From: Balanoglossus misakiensis
Taxonomy: Eukaryota; Animalia; Hemichordata
Reading direction: 5' to 3'
Assembly (NCBI GenBank): GCA_040954595.2
Contig: CM082591.2
Coordinates: 3,519,957-3,583,956 of the forward strand
DNA length: 64,000 nt
Notes under the pieces: model-generated
Databases searched by the model: none
Told to the model about the DNA's origin: nothing
The model's input: the letters and a program-made list of their open reading frames with translations, nothing else
Made by a program: the position numbers and the translations under genes
Part shown: positions 48,870-62,400 of the stretch, piece by piece
Layout of the letters: the number at the start of each line of letters is the position of its first letter
How positions within the stretch are numbered: the stretch's first letter is position 1

Positions 48870-50474
48870 ATCCATGCATTTGGACGGTCAAAGAGACAGC
48901 TTTGTGGTTTCAGTGGGTCAGCGGGTCAGCTAGTATGTACAATAATCCCATCAGCAATTACGTCGTTGAGTCCGGCATTGATGGCCAGAAAATATGTTCC
49001 ATGACCGAACAAGAATTCAAGAGTTATTTCAGCATACACGACAGCAACTCACACATGTATTTCAATCGACTCCAGTATTGGAAAACAGGTGATATTTGAA
49101 ATTCTATTTTCCCCTTTATTGTAACCATTTCATTTCCATTGCCTTGGTTCATGATTATTGTACCAAGCCTATCATTTCTTATGAAAATGATGACACCATT
49201 GACTTGACAAGCACCAGTGACAAAAAAACAAACAGATAAAACAATCACATGAGAATGGTGCAAAAATTGTGAAAAGGGAGAAATCTAGATATTATTTTAT
49301 GTCTCAATGTTATAGATGGTAAAATGGATTGGTTGAGTACAAATGCAAGGAACGAATTTTAGTTTTTAACACATGTATTTTACTTACGGATTTCACAGTT
49401 ATTTACAATGCGATCTTTGTGTGCATATATATTACAGTGGCCCCCTTTACACCCAGTGATGACTGTAATTTCTCACTGATGGGAAGCACAGCTCAGATGC
49501 TGTACTCGGCCAGACTCCAGAGAATTGACCAGGACATGAACAACAATCAAATCAACTATCATTTAAATCAGGTACGGCTTCATCAAGGTGATTACCGGTA
49601 TTTCATTTTTGAAGAAAGAAGACAGCTGTAGTCATATCTTAGTTTTTGTTTGTTTGTTTTTTTAAAGGCATTTCCGACGTCCGGTGATTTTGGCAGCCAG
49701 TCTAAACAGTATCACTGTATGACCTCTGACTTGAACTACTTCAATGACATCAACGACATAAGTGAATACCTCTGCGAAAGCCTGCTGCAAATTGAAGACA
49801 CGAAGCCGTCGAACACGATGTCACAATTTGGAAGGATCAATACACACTGCAACGATGCTATGGAAAATGGAACGAAGATGGTGACGGACGGCAGATTCAA
49901 CGCAGCGCCACCAACGGCAAATGGTGACGGCAATATTGGCCACGCTGATAAAGGCAACGATGCAAGTATTCTAAAGGCACGTGCGTCAGAAGTACCGATC
50001 AGGAAACGAGGGCGGCCTCCCAAGCCAAAGCTCTTTGAAGTCCCCAAAGGTACTGCTATATCACTGAATAATAAAGACACATGTTCTTTAACCTACTGCA
50101 TGTTAAAATAACTTGCATTCGCCATTGCAGGCTACACAACTGAATCTATTGATTTTGGCTTCATTTCAGTTAAAAAATGCCACCCTATCCTGTGGAAGTT
50201 TCTACTGGAAAGCCTGAACGACCCAAAGATGGCCGACTGCGTCAGCTGGGTGAATAAGGACAGCGGCGTCTTCAAATTCGAATCCAGCAAGAAGGAAGAT
50301 ATCGCCCGGAAGTGGGGCGAACAAAAGGGCAACCGCAAGTTGATGACCTACCAAAAGATGGCGCGAGCCCTGAGGGATTATGGGAAGAAAGAGATTATCC
50401 GAAAACATCGCAGGCGACTTCACTATGTCTTTCTACCAAAGTACATTTGTGGAGAAAGAGACAATGCTTCTTGA
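48870..50474 (+). CDS. ETS transcription factor with PNT/SAM domain, AT-hook and SPI/PU.1-type ETS domain; 4 confident exons, start exon unresolved
   Basis: Exons 48870-49088 (PCIWTVKETALWFQWV...IDGQKICSMTEQEF = PNT), 49438-49571, 49668-50049 (RKRGRPPK AT-hook at 50001-50024) and 50170-50474 (LWKFLLESL...WVNKDSGVFKF...[27 protein letters not shown]...RRLHYVF, TGA). All junctions are GT-AG and in frame (phases 1, 0, 1). Confidence 0.92.
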
Positions 50475-53400
50475 CAAACTGAACACAGCATTCCATCCAA
50501 CCTTGCAGGGTACAGCGAGACAATCACTTTCCGTGGACATAACGATTTTTGTTAAAATATACAGCTTTCTTGTTTCTAATTCAAAGACTTATGTATACTG
50601 GAACATGAAGACTTGTCTATTTTGCTTGAACCTTCACAACTACATTCCAGTCATTTGTACTTCGCACTGAATATATTTTTCTATGTTCACATTTTCTCGA
50701 GAAAAATGGCCCATTAATCATGAGTTCACCAAGTGAGTTTTATTGCATGGTATTAATATACATTCCCCTTCTTTCTATTGTCTGAAGGAAGATTTAAAAA
50801 GTTGATGGATTAGCCATAAAAACTGTCTCGAGTTAATGTTATACCCTAATCGGATTTCAAAGTAATGAACAAGAAGAAAATTCAGCTTAAAAGGAGAAGT
50901 GATTTCATAAATATCAAATTTTTATACAGCTTTTGTTGCGTCAATTTACAATCTCGACTGTAATTCGACACAGGGAAGTTAACTATTTAAGTCAATTATA
51001 AAATTTATTCGACTTACATGCAGTATTATTTACAATTTCGTCCGAAAAATGGAAGCTAACTGATTATGTTCTTACAATAAAACAATAAGACCGTAGTTTT
51101 AGTTAAGAATATACCTTAAGAATCAAACCATAAAATATTTAGCCTCAAAAGTTAATGATATCATGGCATACAAAAAAATTCCTACATTCTTATATACTCC
51201 AGACAAATTTTAGAATTATAAAACGAAATTGTATTAAAGTTAAATGTTGTTCATTTTGCTTATATTAGTTCTTCATAAGACTTACAGCTTTTCAAGCTAA
51301 AGAAACACGTCGAGTCAAACGGGACCATACGCATATTTTATGCTAGCAATCAGTGATTTTAAATCACACAGTGTTTGTGATTAAGTTTTGCATTGGGACC
51401 AATTCAAGCAAGTATTTTTCTGTTATATTAGAGATACCTTGCATTATATTTAAATGGTATAATGCCAGGATATAAATAAAGGTTAGATTTTTACCAATAA
51501 TCACTGCATTTTCGTTGTGTTTTTTCCTGAGTTACAATGCATTTCAACAGCCATACTTCCTCTTACTGTGCACTCAAAATTAAGTTTTCAGCGAGACGGG
51601 CAAGAATGACGAAGGGCGCCATCACTCAACATCAGTATTTGTCAAGAAGCCAGTACACAGCTTTACAAACCCCAGGGGCCGTTCAATTTTCCATGTACAT
51701 GTATGTACTGAATATGGTAGTCTCTATTTCCTGCACCACGACTGGAAAATAAAGTAGTGAGGTTCGATGCGATGGTGCATTCTCACGCGGCTGGACTTAC
51801 CAAAATAATAACAAAAGCTTTAATCTCAGATTTTCAATCCAGCAAGTTTTTCAATCAAATCTGACAAGCATCATTCAAGTGCTAGTGTAGAGTTAATTCC
51901 TACACCGATGAAATCCAGGTGTACTTCTGAAGAACGCACCCAGTACTGGTCAATAGTTTCAATGTAACTGGTTCACGCGGATATTAAAAGGATTCACCAC
52001 TGGACAGATCTCACGGAAATTGGTATTCAAGTAAAATAAATGAGATCGAGCCAAAGTCACTGCACTACTTGTTTCTTAATATCCGTTATCCCTGCGACTT
52101 GATTAATACAAGTGTACTTTATGATCTTCTGTGACGTATGTGACTGTTTTTTCAAGAATTGGCACCTTAAATGCCATGAACAATGTCCTAAATATGTTAC
52201 ATTAATGATTCACAAATTAAATTTATAAGGACTGTAGCGATGGGAAGATGTTTATGGCTGAAACATGTACCCTGGTCATGTGTCAATACTGTATGACTTG
52301 AATTTCTGTACGCTGGAACTCGCCGCACAAGCCAGTGATGTAAAACATACACAGCACACCAATGGAATTTGATGTAGTCCGTGGATTATCACTAACAATG
52401 CCCAGATTTATCTTATTGTAGGACTACCCTGGCTCTGTATAGTGACTATCGACAGGCATAGACTGTGAATACTCTGCATGTACCTGTACACATTCATTAT
52501 GAACAATCTGATCTCGTAACTCCCATTCCTAAACTAGTGTGCGCCGGACATACTTTGCCAACAATTGCACGCTCGTGAAAGGTGAAATCGTACCAATGCA
52601 CCACTCGCTCTACTCCTGCCCCCAAGCCACTGTTAATAAATTGGCTATATCACGATTAACTGCCACAGGGCGCTCAAGTCGACCTCCATTGCACGTCATT
52701 ATCAAACTGTCAAGATGTTGTAATCCTCAAGCTTTTGCAATCCTCATTTTGTGATCATTACTAGACCGATGGTGACAATGCTAAGCGTTTCTACCTAATA
52801 TTCGCAAATATATCCCCGTGTCTAGCATATCATCCCATGATTTCTCAAGTTGAATTTAGCGGGAGTAGTATAAAGAAATGGGTAGTATGAATCTAACCTA
52901 ACCTAGCTGGTCTGACGAAACTCAGAGCCTGTCATGTGACCAAGTGCGAACTATGTCTCCAGCTTATCAAACAAACGTCGACGTTCTCAAATCTAGAAAT
53001 CTTCCGTCATCGAAGACAGTGACAATTTTATCCGGCAACTCATAAGGCAGTTTCTCTGTTAACTCTACAGAACCTCTAACCTTTTAAATTAAGAAACGCA
53101 ATGTATATTTGCGCATGTTGTAATGTTGAAAATGCAACTTGATCACCCGACCCGAAAACAAATATGAAAGCACACGAGGGACAAGGCGGGGATCGGCAAA
53201 TCAAGCAGCCAGGTTCTGCTTTTGTACACTTGATATGACAACGACCAATTTTAAAAGGAGAAGCGAATCAGAAACTGAACACTTTCCGTGTTCCCCGGAG
53301 AGTCGTCTGGTAATTAAACGTCAAAACTTTCAACAGCAGACGGGGTTGAATATCATTCCATGAAAGAAATGTGAAACGACTTCATCAGTGGGGATGGTCT

Positions 53401-56400
53401 AGATATTCATTTCTCAACAATGTCGTGTATCGACTTTGTTGCATCATCAGCAATATCCTCCTAATTGTGGTGTAGGATTACTATTTTTCAAACCAAACGG
53501 TTATATAATTCCATATGGAAGTCTTAGTATCAAGTAATATTAGAATTCCCTCTTATGACATCAACTGATTTGACGCCAAGATTCAGAACACACAGAGACA
53601 TACAGGAAATGTTTGAAAACGATTTTGTAATTCACGTTGCAGAGTGTAGTGTACTATTTTATTAGGGAGAGGGCAATGGCACAGGAATTCGAACTGCAAT
53701 TTGTGTGATGTGCCTAATCCACGTGCGTTGATTATCAAGAAACAGTTGTTGAATAGCCTGTGGCATGGCCGGATCCCTGTAAGGTGCGCTCAGATATTGC
53801 TGTGTTGACATTTTGATAATGATATCATTGAAAGTGCATGGGGTATACATCTGCATGTTATGAAGATATTAGCCAACGTACGGCTGACAGAAACAACAGT
53901 CAGAGGGGGGCCGTTCTTGTTAATGCACATTTCAACCCATAAACTCAAAAACGCTGTATTATTGAGTCTCACCATCATATCTCAAACTTCCAAGATATAA
54001 TTAGTCACATCACTTACTGCTTACTGTATTTCATTCTTTCTAATTATGTGATTATTCAAGAAAAGAATTGCACGTGTTTGATCTTCAACTATGGCTACAT
54101 GTACCTCTTAGCACTAATATTCCCTGTGGTGTGTTACACGAATTATAACATTCACAGTACCCAGAGAATGAATATTGATTATGAGATCATGTAAACATTT
54201 TAACCAATTGCCTTCAGGAATTAATTAAGCTCATTCATGTTGCCAGTGTTTGTAAATTATTAAACTCCCTGGGCATACGGTTCTGTAATGAAAGAGTTGT
54301 CTGTTTACGTCTTTGCTGATGTATACATTTTGTTGTTGGCCGAATTTTGGCTCACCAACATTCAAATTAACAATTACAAACAGGGATATAGTTCTTATAC
54401 GAAACAATAATAAAATCCCGATATAATACTGACAACCAGTCCGATTTACTTGTATATAAGGGTGATAAGAAAACATAAAGTTAATTGCGCGACCTTCAAT
54501 CTAACTTTGTTTTATCAAGCAATTTATCAAGAGACTTGAAGCCTTGCTGTTATCGACGAATCGATATACACACAGTTGCCTTCATTCCCAAATATGGTTA
54601 CGCGATTAGTAGACTCGATGATAAACATAATCGAACTGTCCCCAGGGTTATCGATCATAACTATAACCGCAGCTGGCGTTATATTGATCAATTATACAGT
54701 CGTTTTGAACCATCTGCTGTAAGCTTACTTGTGTAAATTCAGAATTCACTGGATGGCTTGTTAAACAGATGATAAAAGCTATTGACTATATCTCTATTTT
54801 TGGTCTATGTATACATTGAATTTGTTGTTTTACTCTCCATAGCACGGGGATATTCCCATGTTCCACCTGTTAGCATAGCATGCAGGTGAGAAAAAAGCAT
54901 TGCATGTATTGCTGGTGTTGACAAATGAATTCAGTCCATCCTAGGATTAAATTTTCGAAAGAATTGCTGACTTAAACAGGTAGACATACTGGTACTTTTA
55001 CGTATTTAGAATATGGGCTGAAGGTTATAGGACAAAGAAGAACAATGGTCAATCCAAACAAGGTGGCTGAAAAAATGGGTACCCTGCACCTCACCCAACA
55101 TACAGAACAGAAATTTAATTGATGCATTGTTGAAACACGAACTAATCATTCTGATGTAAGCATACATTTATCATTTACATTTTCTCTTCCCATGATTGGA
55201 AATTCTCTTATCAATTATTCAAATTACATTATGGTTCGTTAAATTTTTGTATCAAACTGTACGTAACCAAATACAATTAAAATGCCATTTATGTTGTTTA
55301 ATTTTACACTTGTTAACATTTACCCATACAATTTTCAGTATCTACCTGTAGAGCATTTAATGTTAATAAGGTCCTTTGTTCCAACAACGTATCGATTTCA
55401 TGTACGTCTGGTGTAATAATACTGGTACCCCTGACATTACAATCTGGAAAATACCATGTCAATTTACCTGTAGACGGAATTATCTGTTGAACAGAATAAT
55501 ACACCCCTGTTATTCTTAATCACAATGCCTTTAATGACACATTCAAGATAATCACGAATAATAGCTGGTGCAAATAGCATGGATTTAGATTATGTAAGTA
55601 AAACGGTCGTGCATGTATGTTGTAATTGTCCTCTTTCAGACAAAAAAATACTGCTATGAATTTCTTTCGCATGTAATGAACACTGTAATGAGATACGTAA
55701 TCAGTCGCATAATACCGTTATCAATACTAGCAACTTTGCAGACATTTCATTGACCATTGCGAGATGGGAGCTGTATCATTACACATTCTGTAACTATGCA
55801 CGGATTAAAATAATGAGATGACCAAAGGTTTACCAATATCATGTCGCTGAAATAAAATCTCAATTTTCCACCTGCGATGATCAAAGCTTTCATGATTATT
55901 CTCCAAATATGGTTTGATATTTAAATGTCTTAGGATCATTTAGAATCAATTCCGTTCAGTTTGCGCTTTGATTTTTGTAGCTGGAGAGTTTATGTTCTTT
56001 CTTGGTTAAAGTTGGAATACACTAAGTGCATTTGACTTTGCATTATACCCCCTTTTTGGAAGTGGTGTTGCCACAATTTTTTAAAGATTTATTTTAGACC
56101 CTAAATGTTTTTGACGTTAACATGACAAAGTTATTATTTCTGTTAGCCATATAATCACAAATGGTATTCCAGCAGACTAAAATACATAAATGATAGATTG
56201 GTTCTCAGGCTGTCGAGTTTAATATTTCAGATGTCTGCGAAATCGGAAAATCTTTGTAAACAAAGATACAGGTATTATATCATCGCTTTTGTTGGAAATC
56301 TGTAGAGATCCTACTGTATGATGGACGAGTCTTAAAGTCTTAACGCTGATCTGCTGACCTGTTTACAATGCATTTGCCGCCACTGGGCACAAACTGGTCA

Positions 56401-59400
56401 CGTGTTATCGTTTGGGCTCATATGGCTTCTGAAAATGAAAGCGCAGGGTGGAGGATATTTGCACAAATGGAAAAAAAGACATTAATCCAGCAGTGTGCTG
56501 TTAGTGGTTTTCACTTTGATCCCTTTCTGTACCGAACAATGACCATGTGCAAGCCTCGTTCTTTTGAGTTTTATTCTCTCAAAAAAGTCGACGAGGAAAG
56601 TATCGTTTCGCGGTTTGGTTTAGAGGTAGGTGTTATATGCGTCTGTGCTCATCCATGGGCAAAGCTTTTTAGACATCTGTATTGAGCATAGTCTGGTGTT
56701 ACACCTCAGTCAACACGGCCAGCTTATCGGTACCAACCCGAGGTTGATATCCTCCAGATAAGCCGGAAACGAGATCCATCATTAACCATTCATACCTCTG
56801 AGTAGCACGGGCAGATGGCACAATGATAGTTTGCCATCCGTGTGTCGAAAAGACTTCTCTGCCGAGATCATTCCTGTTGTCCTGCGGATTGAACTTTTGA
56901 AGTACATGTAGAATGTCCCTCAGGGACAGATTCTCAGAAATATGATAGGCTTCAAAACTGTTCAATTCTCTACTTTACTTAACAAAACAAAACAGAGTGT
57001 TCCTCGTCTTATTTTCACGCAAAACCCAACTTTATCTTTTCTCCATAGACTAAACACTCATCCCTCTCTCATTTGAAAATGTACAAGATGAACCCTGGTT
57101 TTTATTCTCAATTTTGAAAGAGAATAATATAAACATGCCTTGATACAAGTTACATGTCTGGTGGTATCAAAGTTAAAACATACTCAGAAAAACTTTCACT
57201 GGATGCCGTCACGTGGGTCACATGGCAAGATCACGTGATTGATATTAAAGAATAACTACATGTCGTATAGTATTCATTTAGAATCACTAATTTTGTCTTC
57301 TTGTTAGAAGTTTGACATTTCATTCCTGGTCTTAGAGTACATCAATTAAGCAATGTGTATGAGACGAAGAGTGGTATAAACTCCTTGAACGTGATCCTGT
57401 GCGACAAATGGCCCAGTCTCTGCAAATATGGATTCCAATTTAGAAACACCAGATGGACGCAGTCAATTAGTTAAAAAGCTTATGCTCTTTACCAATTCTA
57501 GCCGACAGCACACCCCCTTCAAAAATCGCATCTTAATAGGGCAGGAACGGATTTACCTCGTGGCGTTTGCGTCAAAGCATAAATAATCGATGAACATCCT
57601 CATTAGGAGAAAAGTTAATGACATATTCTGTACTGAAAACTGAATCACGGAGCAAAAAAGGCTGTGTCCAAACCCTTCTCTGAAAAGCTCGTTTATAATA
57701 CCTAAGTTAAGATACTGAGAGCATCCTCGCCAAATGACCATGGTTCTATCAAAACTGATACTCATGCACACAAACTAACCATGGTGATCCCGCACAGTGA
57801 TAGCTGCACCAAGACCGCACCAGAACATAAAGGAGAACTGCACATTATCACCAAGCCATAGCTGTAACAGGCCCGCTTTCAGTGTTTTTACCACTGAGCA
57901 CGATCATTAACTACAGCACTACCGGTATGTTCAGTCCTGCACCATCGGACCTGTCCACACACCTGTAAATCGATCCAACAGTTCAGTCTCTGCAACAGAT
58001 GGTTTTTCTTATTAAGTCTGATACAGGCACTGATTATAGACCCTGATACAGACATATCCTGAAATCCGCATGTTTTGTAGCTGTTTATAGTAACACCATT
58101 GAACATTATCGACTCAGCCATGCAGCTGACAAACACGCTTTACTTTAATTCGGAGGTTAATTAATGTTTCGCCTCTTAATGAGCACCAACCTGCATCAAA
58201 ATCATTCAAGGGACACTGTCACCTTGATAAAAGCCTGATATTCTTCATCCTTTTGCGGACAGTGCCAGGAGAAAATGCATTAATATTTGATATCTTTCGA
58301 CGGAATTTTATAATGGAGTTTATTAACTACTTATTAATTTCAATAAATAAATAAATGAGTTTCAGTCAGCCATTGCAAACTATATTCTACTAGCCAACTC
58401 GGCCTGGGAGAAAACCTAGGCACAAATTCTGCTCGTATACCAGCAGAGCCTACAGTGATTAACATGAGAATACTGATGGGTAGCTGGTATTTTGCCCTTC
58501 AATATGAATACCCTGCATCTTCTTAAAACAGCATTCGTGTTTTGACCAAGCATTCTCACCTGTGGTTTTAATGCAGCAAACGCTATTTTTAAAGTCATTA
58601 AAGGGATTAATTAGCAGGGATTCAACCTGCAATAGATGAGGTTGTGCAAGACGGGTCTACATTGGCAGGAAGTCAAAGATACCATTAGATTGAAATCGTG
58701 ATTAAGATGCAATCACTGCTGGAAAGCGACAGATTTATAATCAACGTTGAAATTTGCATGTGGCCCTCAAGCTGTGTATTCTTGTTGAGTCACGTGTTGA
58801 TCCAAAAACTCCATGGAATCGAGAGACGGAAATATATTTTAATTGTTTCCCGGCCTTCAATGCTATACTCCCATGAGAGAGCTATGTCCTCCAAAGTTTC
58901 TGCCTCACAACCCCAATAACTTCCTTATCGTCCAACAGTCAACTTCATCAAAGTCCAATTTCCTTTAAATACAAGTCAAAGATTCCTTATCTTACGCAAT
59001 ACAATCAGTTGCCAGACTGCTCCCCGGTTAATTTAGCGTGTTGCCAGGGTAACAAGACGTTACGAGCCACAAAAATTCCTTGATTGGATATTTGATTTCG
59101 TCGTTATACAAAAGGTGAGAGAAGACGAAACGATACTGTATTTGGTATCCGTTGGACTGCAAGAATAATGTAATTAGACATTTCATATGCGCCCCAGTAC
59201 ACAGTAAGAGAGGCACTGGTTGTTAGCAAGCAGGGAATCTGACTTGCCTTAGCCCGCAATTAACACATACAGCCAATCTACCTTGTGTTCCTTTAGAACA
59301 TACTTAAATAAGTTACAAAAATGTAAAGGGGGCTTTGTTACAAATTAATTATAAACAACTTTCGGCTTGAAGAGTCATGAATATGTAATCTCTTAGAAAT

Positions 59401-62400
59401 TTGAGCCCTGTAAAACCCCCTAGTTGAATCAGACTTGATATGTCAGTTATCAGCAGCATAGGTAGCTTTTAAACTTCTGTGTCTGTCGTGTATTATATGT
59501 GGCGGCCAACATTACAGAGTTTCATTTCACATTCTATCCCGAGAAGTGTTTGCGAGGACAGGTAAGGCAACATATCAGTGTTATTGTATTTTGGTGTATG
59601 TGAGCGAGTGTCTGTACTTGCATCTACGTTGACATTTTCAGGTTTACCATATGTCAAAAGATGGTTTTGACGATACTCATGTAATATAATTATATTGTTG
59701 TGGTCATCACTTAAATTTTGAAAGACAAATCCTGATTTCGCTAAAAGTTGCAAGTCAGCATTTTTTCAGTGACTATTATTGGTATTTGCTTACAATAGCA
59801 AGGCGTAAACACTGAAGTTTATCTTGTGGTCTCCAAACAAAGAACCTGATTGTTACTACCAAACTACTACCTGGATGTAAATATATTCATTTTTAACCTA
59901 ATGCATTTAAAAGTCATTCACATTGTGACTCCATTAGGATCAGTTCACCAGCAGACAAGGAATAAATCGATAAGAAATCGTTTTTGCTACGTCTATGCGC
60001 ATTTTCCTTAGCTATGCATTCTTTTGTGATAGACCGGGAAGCTAAGTGTTTTTTGAAGATTACAAATGCGAGTTTTGGCGATGGACACGATACGCTTTGT
60101 CTGTTAGGTTATCGCAGCTAATGACCGCCTATAAATTTACCCAAATTACTCGCATCATGCACAAGGCAGGTAATACCAAATTGGGATTCAGAACGTCGAC
60201 GATTGCCGATTTGATTCGATAATCAGCCTGACGGAAGCTCTGGCACCGAGTTTTTGCCTGTCAAATTGAACAGCGTCGTAAAAGCTTCCTGTAATTATAA
60301 CGATGCTTGGTTTTGATTTACATGCAGGTCATGTCTGTTCTCTGCAACCGACTGAGGGGAGATTAGAACCTTCACGTCGACATTTTCCCCCTTATCAAAC
60401 TTGCTACTGCCATAACGTCTAGCATAAAAAAGCTATTTCTGTGCACTGTATGACCACAAGCAGGCTGTCAGCAACAACAGTACCCTACATTTCCGAATCA
60501 TGGAAACAGAAATGACGTACTGACTGCCTTCATCTGTACAAGAAATTCAGCCACTACTTCTAAGTAATTGCTTTCATAGGTGTCCATTACAATCAATGTG
60601 TTTCCAATGTATGACGACGCACTAGTTACGGCATCGCGCTTTTTGCGGTCATGACAACTTTCATCCACACAGATTTAGACCGATTCCGACCACGTCTGTT
60701 ATAATTCATGAATTTACTTTAAAAGTTTTACCTTCATATTCACACTGATAAACCACAGATTTACCAACCAGGTTGACGGTTGTCATTTTACTAATAAACT
60801 ACAAAAAATAGGACACGTAATGAATGTAGTCGCAATATATATGCGTGTTGGTGTTTTATCTGCCGAAGTACTCTTGTTAATCGACATTATAGATTTTCGC
60901 TCAGTCGGCCTTTAGTGTACAATTTCCAGAATTGATTACCATGATCGCTTCTGCGATGTTACAGTACTACAAAGTCCAATGGGTTTGACGTGACCCAGAA
61001 ACAATGTGCATTTACTTGAATTTTTACGCCATATATGAATCTCAAACACATGCCCTGTTAGATCAAGTCTTTGCCGATGCTGTCTCATAGTACCTTCATG
61101 AAGGGAAGATTTTGAGACGTGAAATCCCTCATCGTCTCAGAATAACCATCCGGAAATTTATGAAGTTAATCGCGCTCTCTGCAAAATCAACCTTACGTCA
61201 AAGCTTATCATTGTTCAAAAAAGCATTGTCCTAAGCCTTTCTGTTGGGCAGTGTTCTTTGATGAGATTATCACCCATCAAGATGGCTAATCGTCTATGAT
61301 TGATGGGGATACAAACTTAGAATCAATTTATCTTTGTAACAACTATAGCTTTTGACAAGGTGGCATTTGAGTGAGATAGACATTCTCTTGCTGTTTATTC
61401 TGCGCGACGAAATCTGCTTGACGCCTCCTCGTAAAATGCCCTAATAACCCAAAAAGTCTTCATATGTGTTCGAATTTTATGCCTAAAATAAGGAGCATCG
61501 TTTCTACATCAGTTGTAAAGTTGGACCTTTCTTTCAGCTATCCACATGATGTACGTCGACACGTATAAGATGATCCCTTGACCATAATGGTGTTCTATAT
61601 TTCTTTCAATATACAAAGAACCCAGCGGCGTATAGGGCTTAGAATAAATAGATTATATATATCTGGGAATACTGGCAGCAACATAAATTTAATCAAGATA
61701 TTGCAAAGTGCGATCACACACAGCCATGATTTTTTATTCACTTGGCGTACCGAATATTATCAACTTACTATGTCGGTAAAGTCTGTGCAGATTAATAAGC
61801 CGGTGTCGCTTTTTCAAGTTCGATGCCGCGCGTGAGACGGTATTCAAGTGGATCTAAGTGGCTGCGCAGTGATAAGATTAACCTAGAAGACGTATATATC
61901 TCTTGAACAGAAGCAGATATCACAAGCTGAGACCGCGGAAAATCAGAAACCAAAGTCGGGAGCATTGTTTATAAAGCAGATACTAGTAATACGCGTCATA
62001 TTTTTGATGAGTATTTTTAACTCAGAAATGGTCCTGTGAATTCTCCTTTTTTATCATTCAAAACGGAAATTGCAAATATATATAATCGTTTGCCTGGTGA
62101 TGATTCAATAGCAGGATTAGAATAAAACCTTACACAAATACAGATTCATTTTGGAGACGAATGTGTCTTACTCTTACACATGCAGAAGACTTGCACATGT
62201 AAAAGAGATTTGTTTTGGATGAAAATAATCCTTTTAGACATCTCTGATATGTTCATACTCCGTTTAATATTGTGCTCGTCCACAGACTGATTATCTGTGG
62301 TACGTTTGTTGGTGACGTATAGTTGTTGTGAATCAGAAGATGTGACTTAAACAACGGCACACAAAACACTGTTTCGTCAATGCATACATACGTAATAAAA

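Noticed and set aside
56699-58136. Minus-strand ORFs and exon-like segments around 56.7-58.1 kb
   Set aside because: Could not be chained into a consistent spliced frame or matched to any family; small exons of a flanking gene cannot be excluded.
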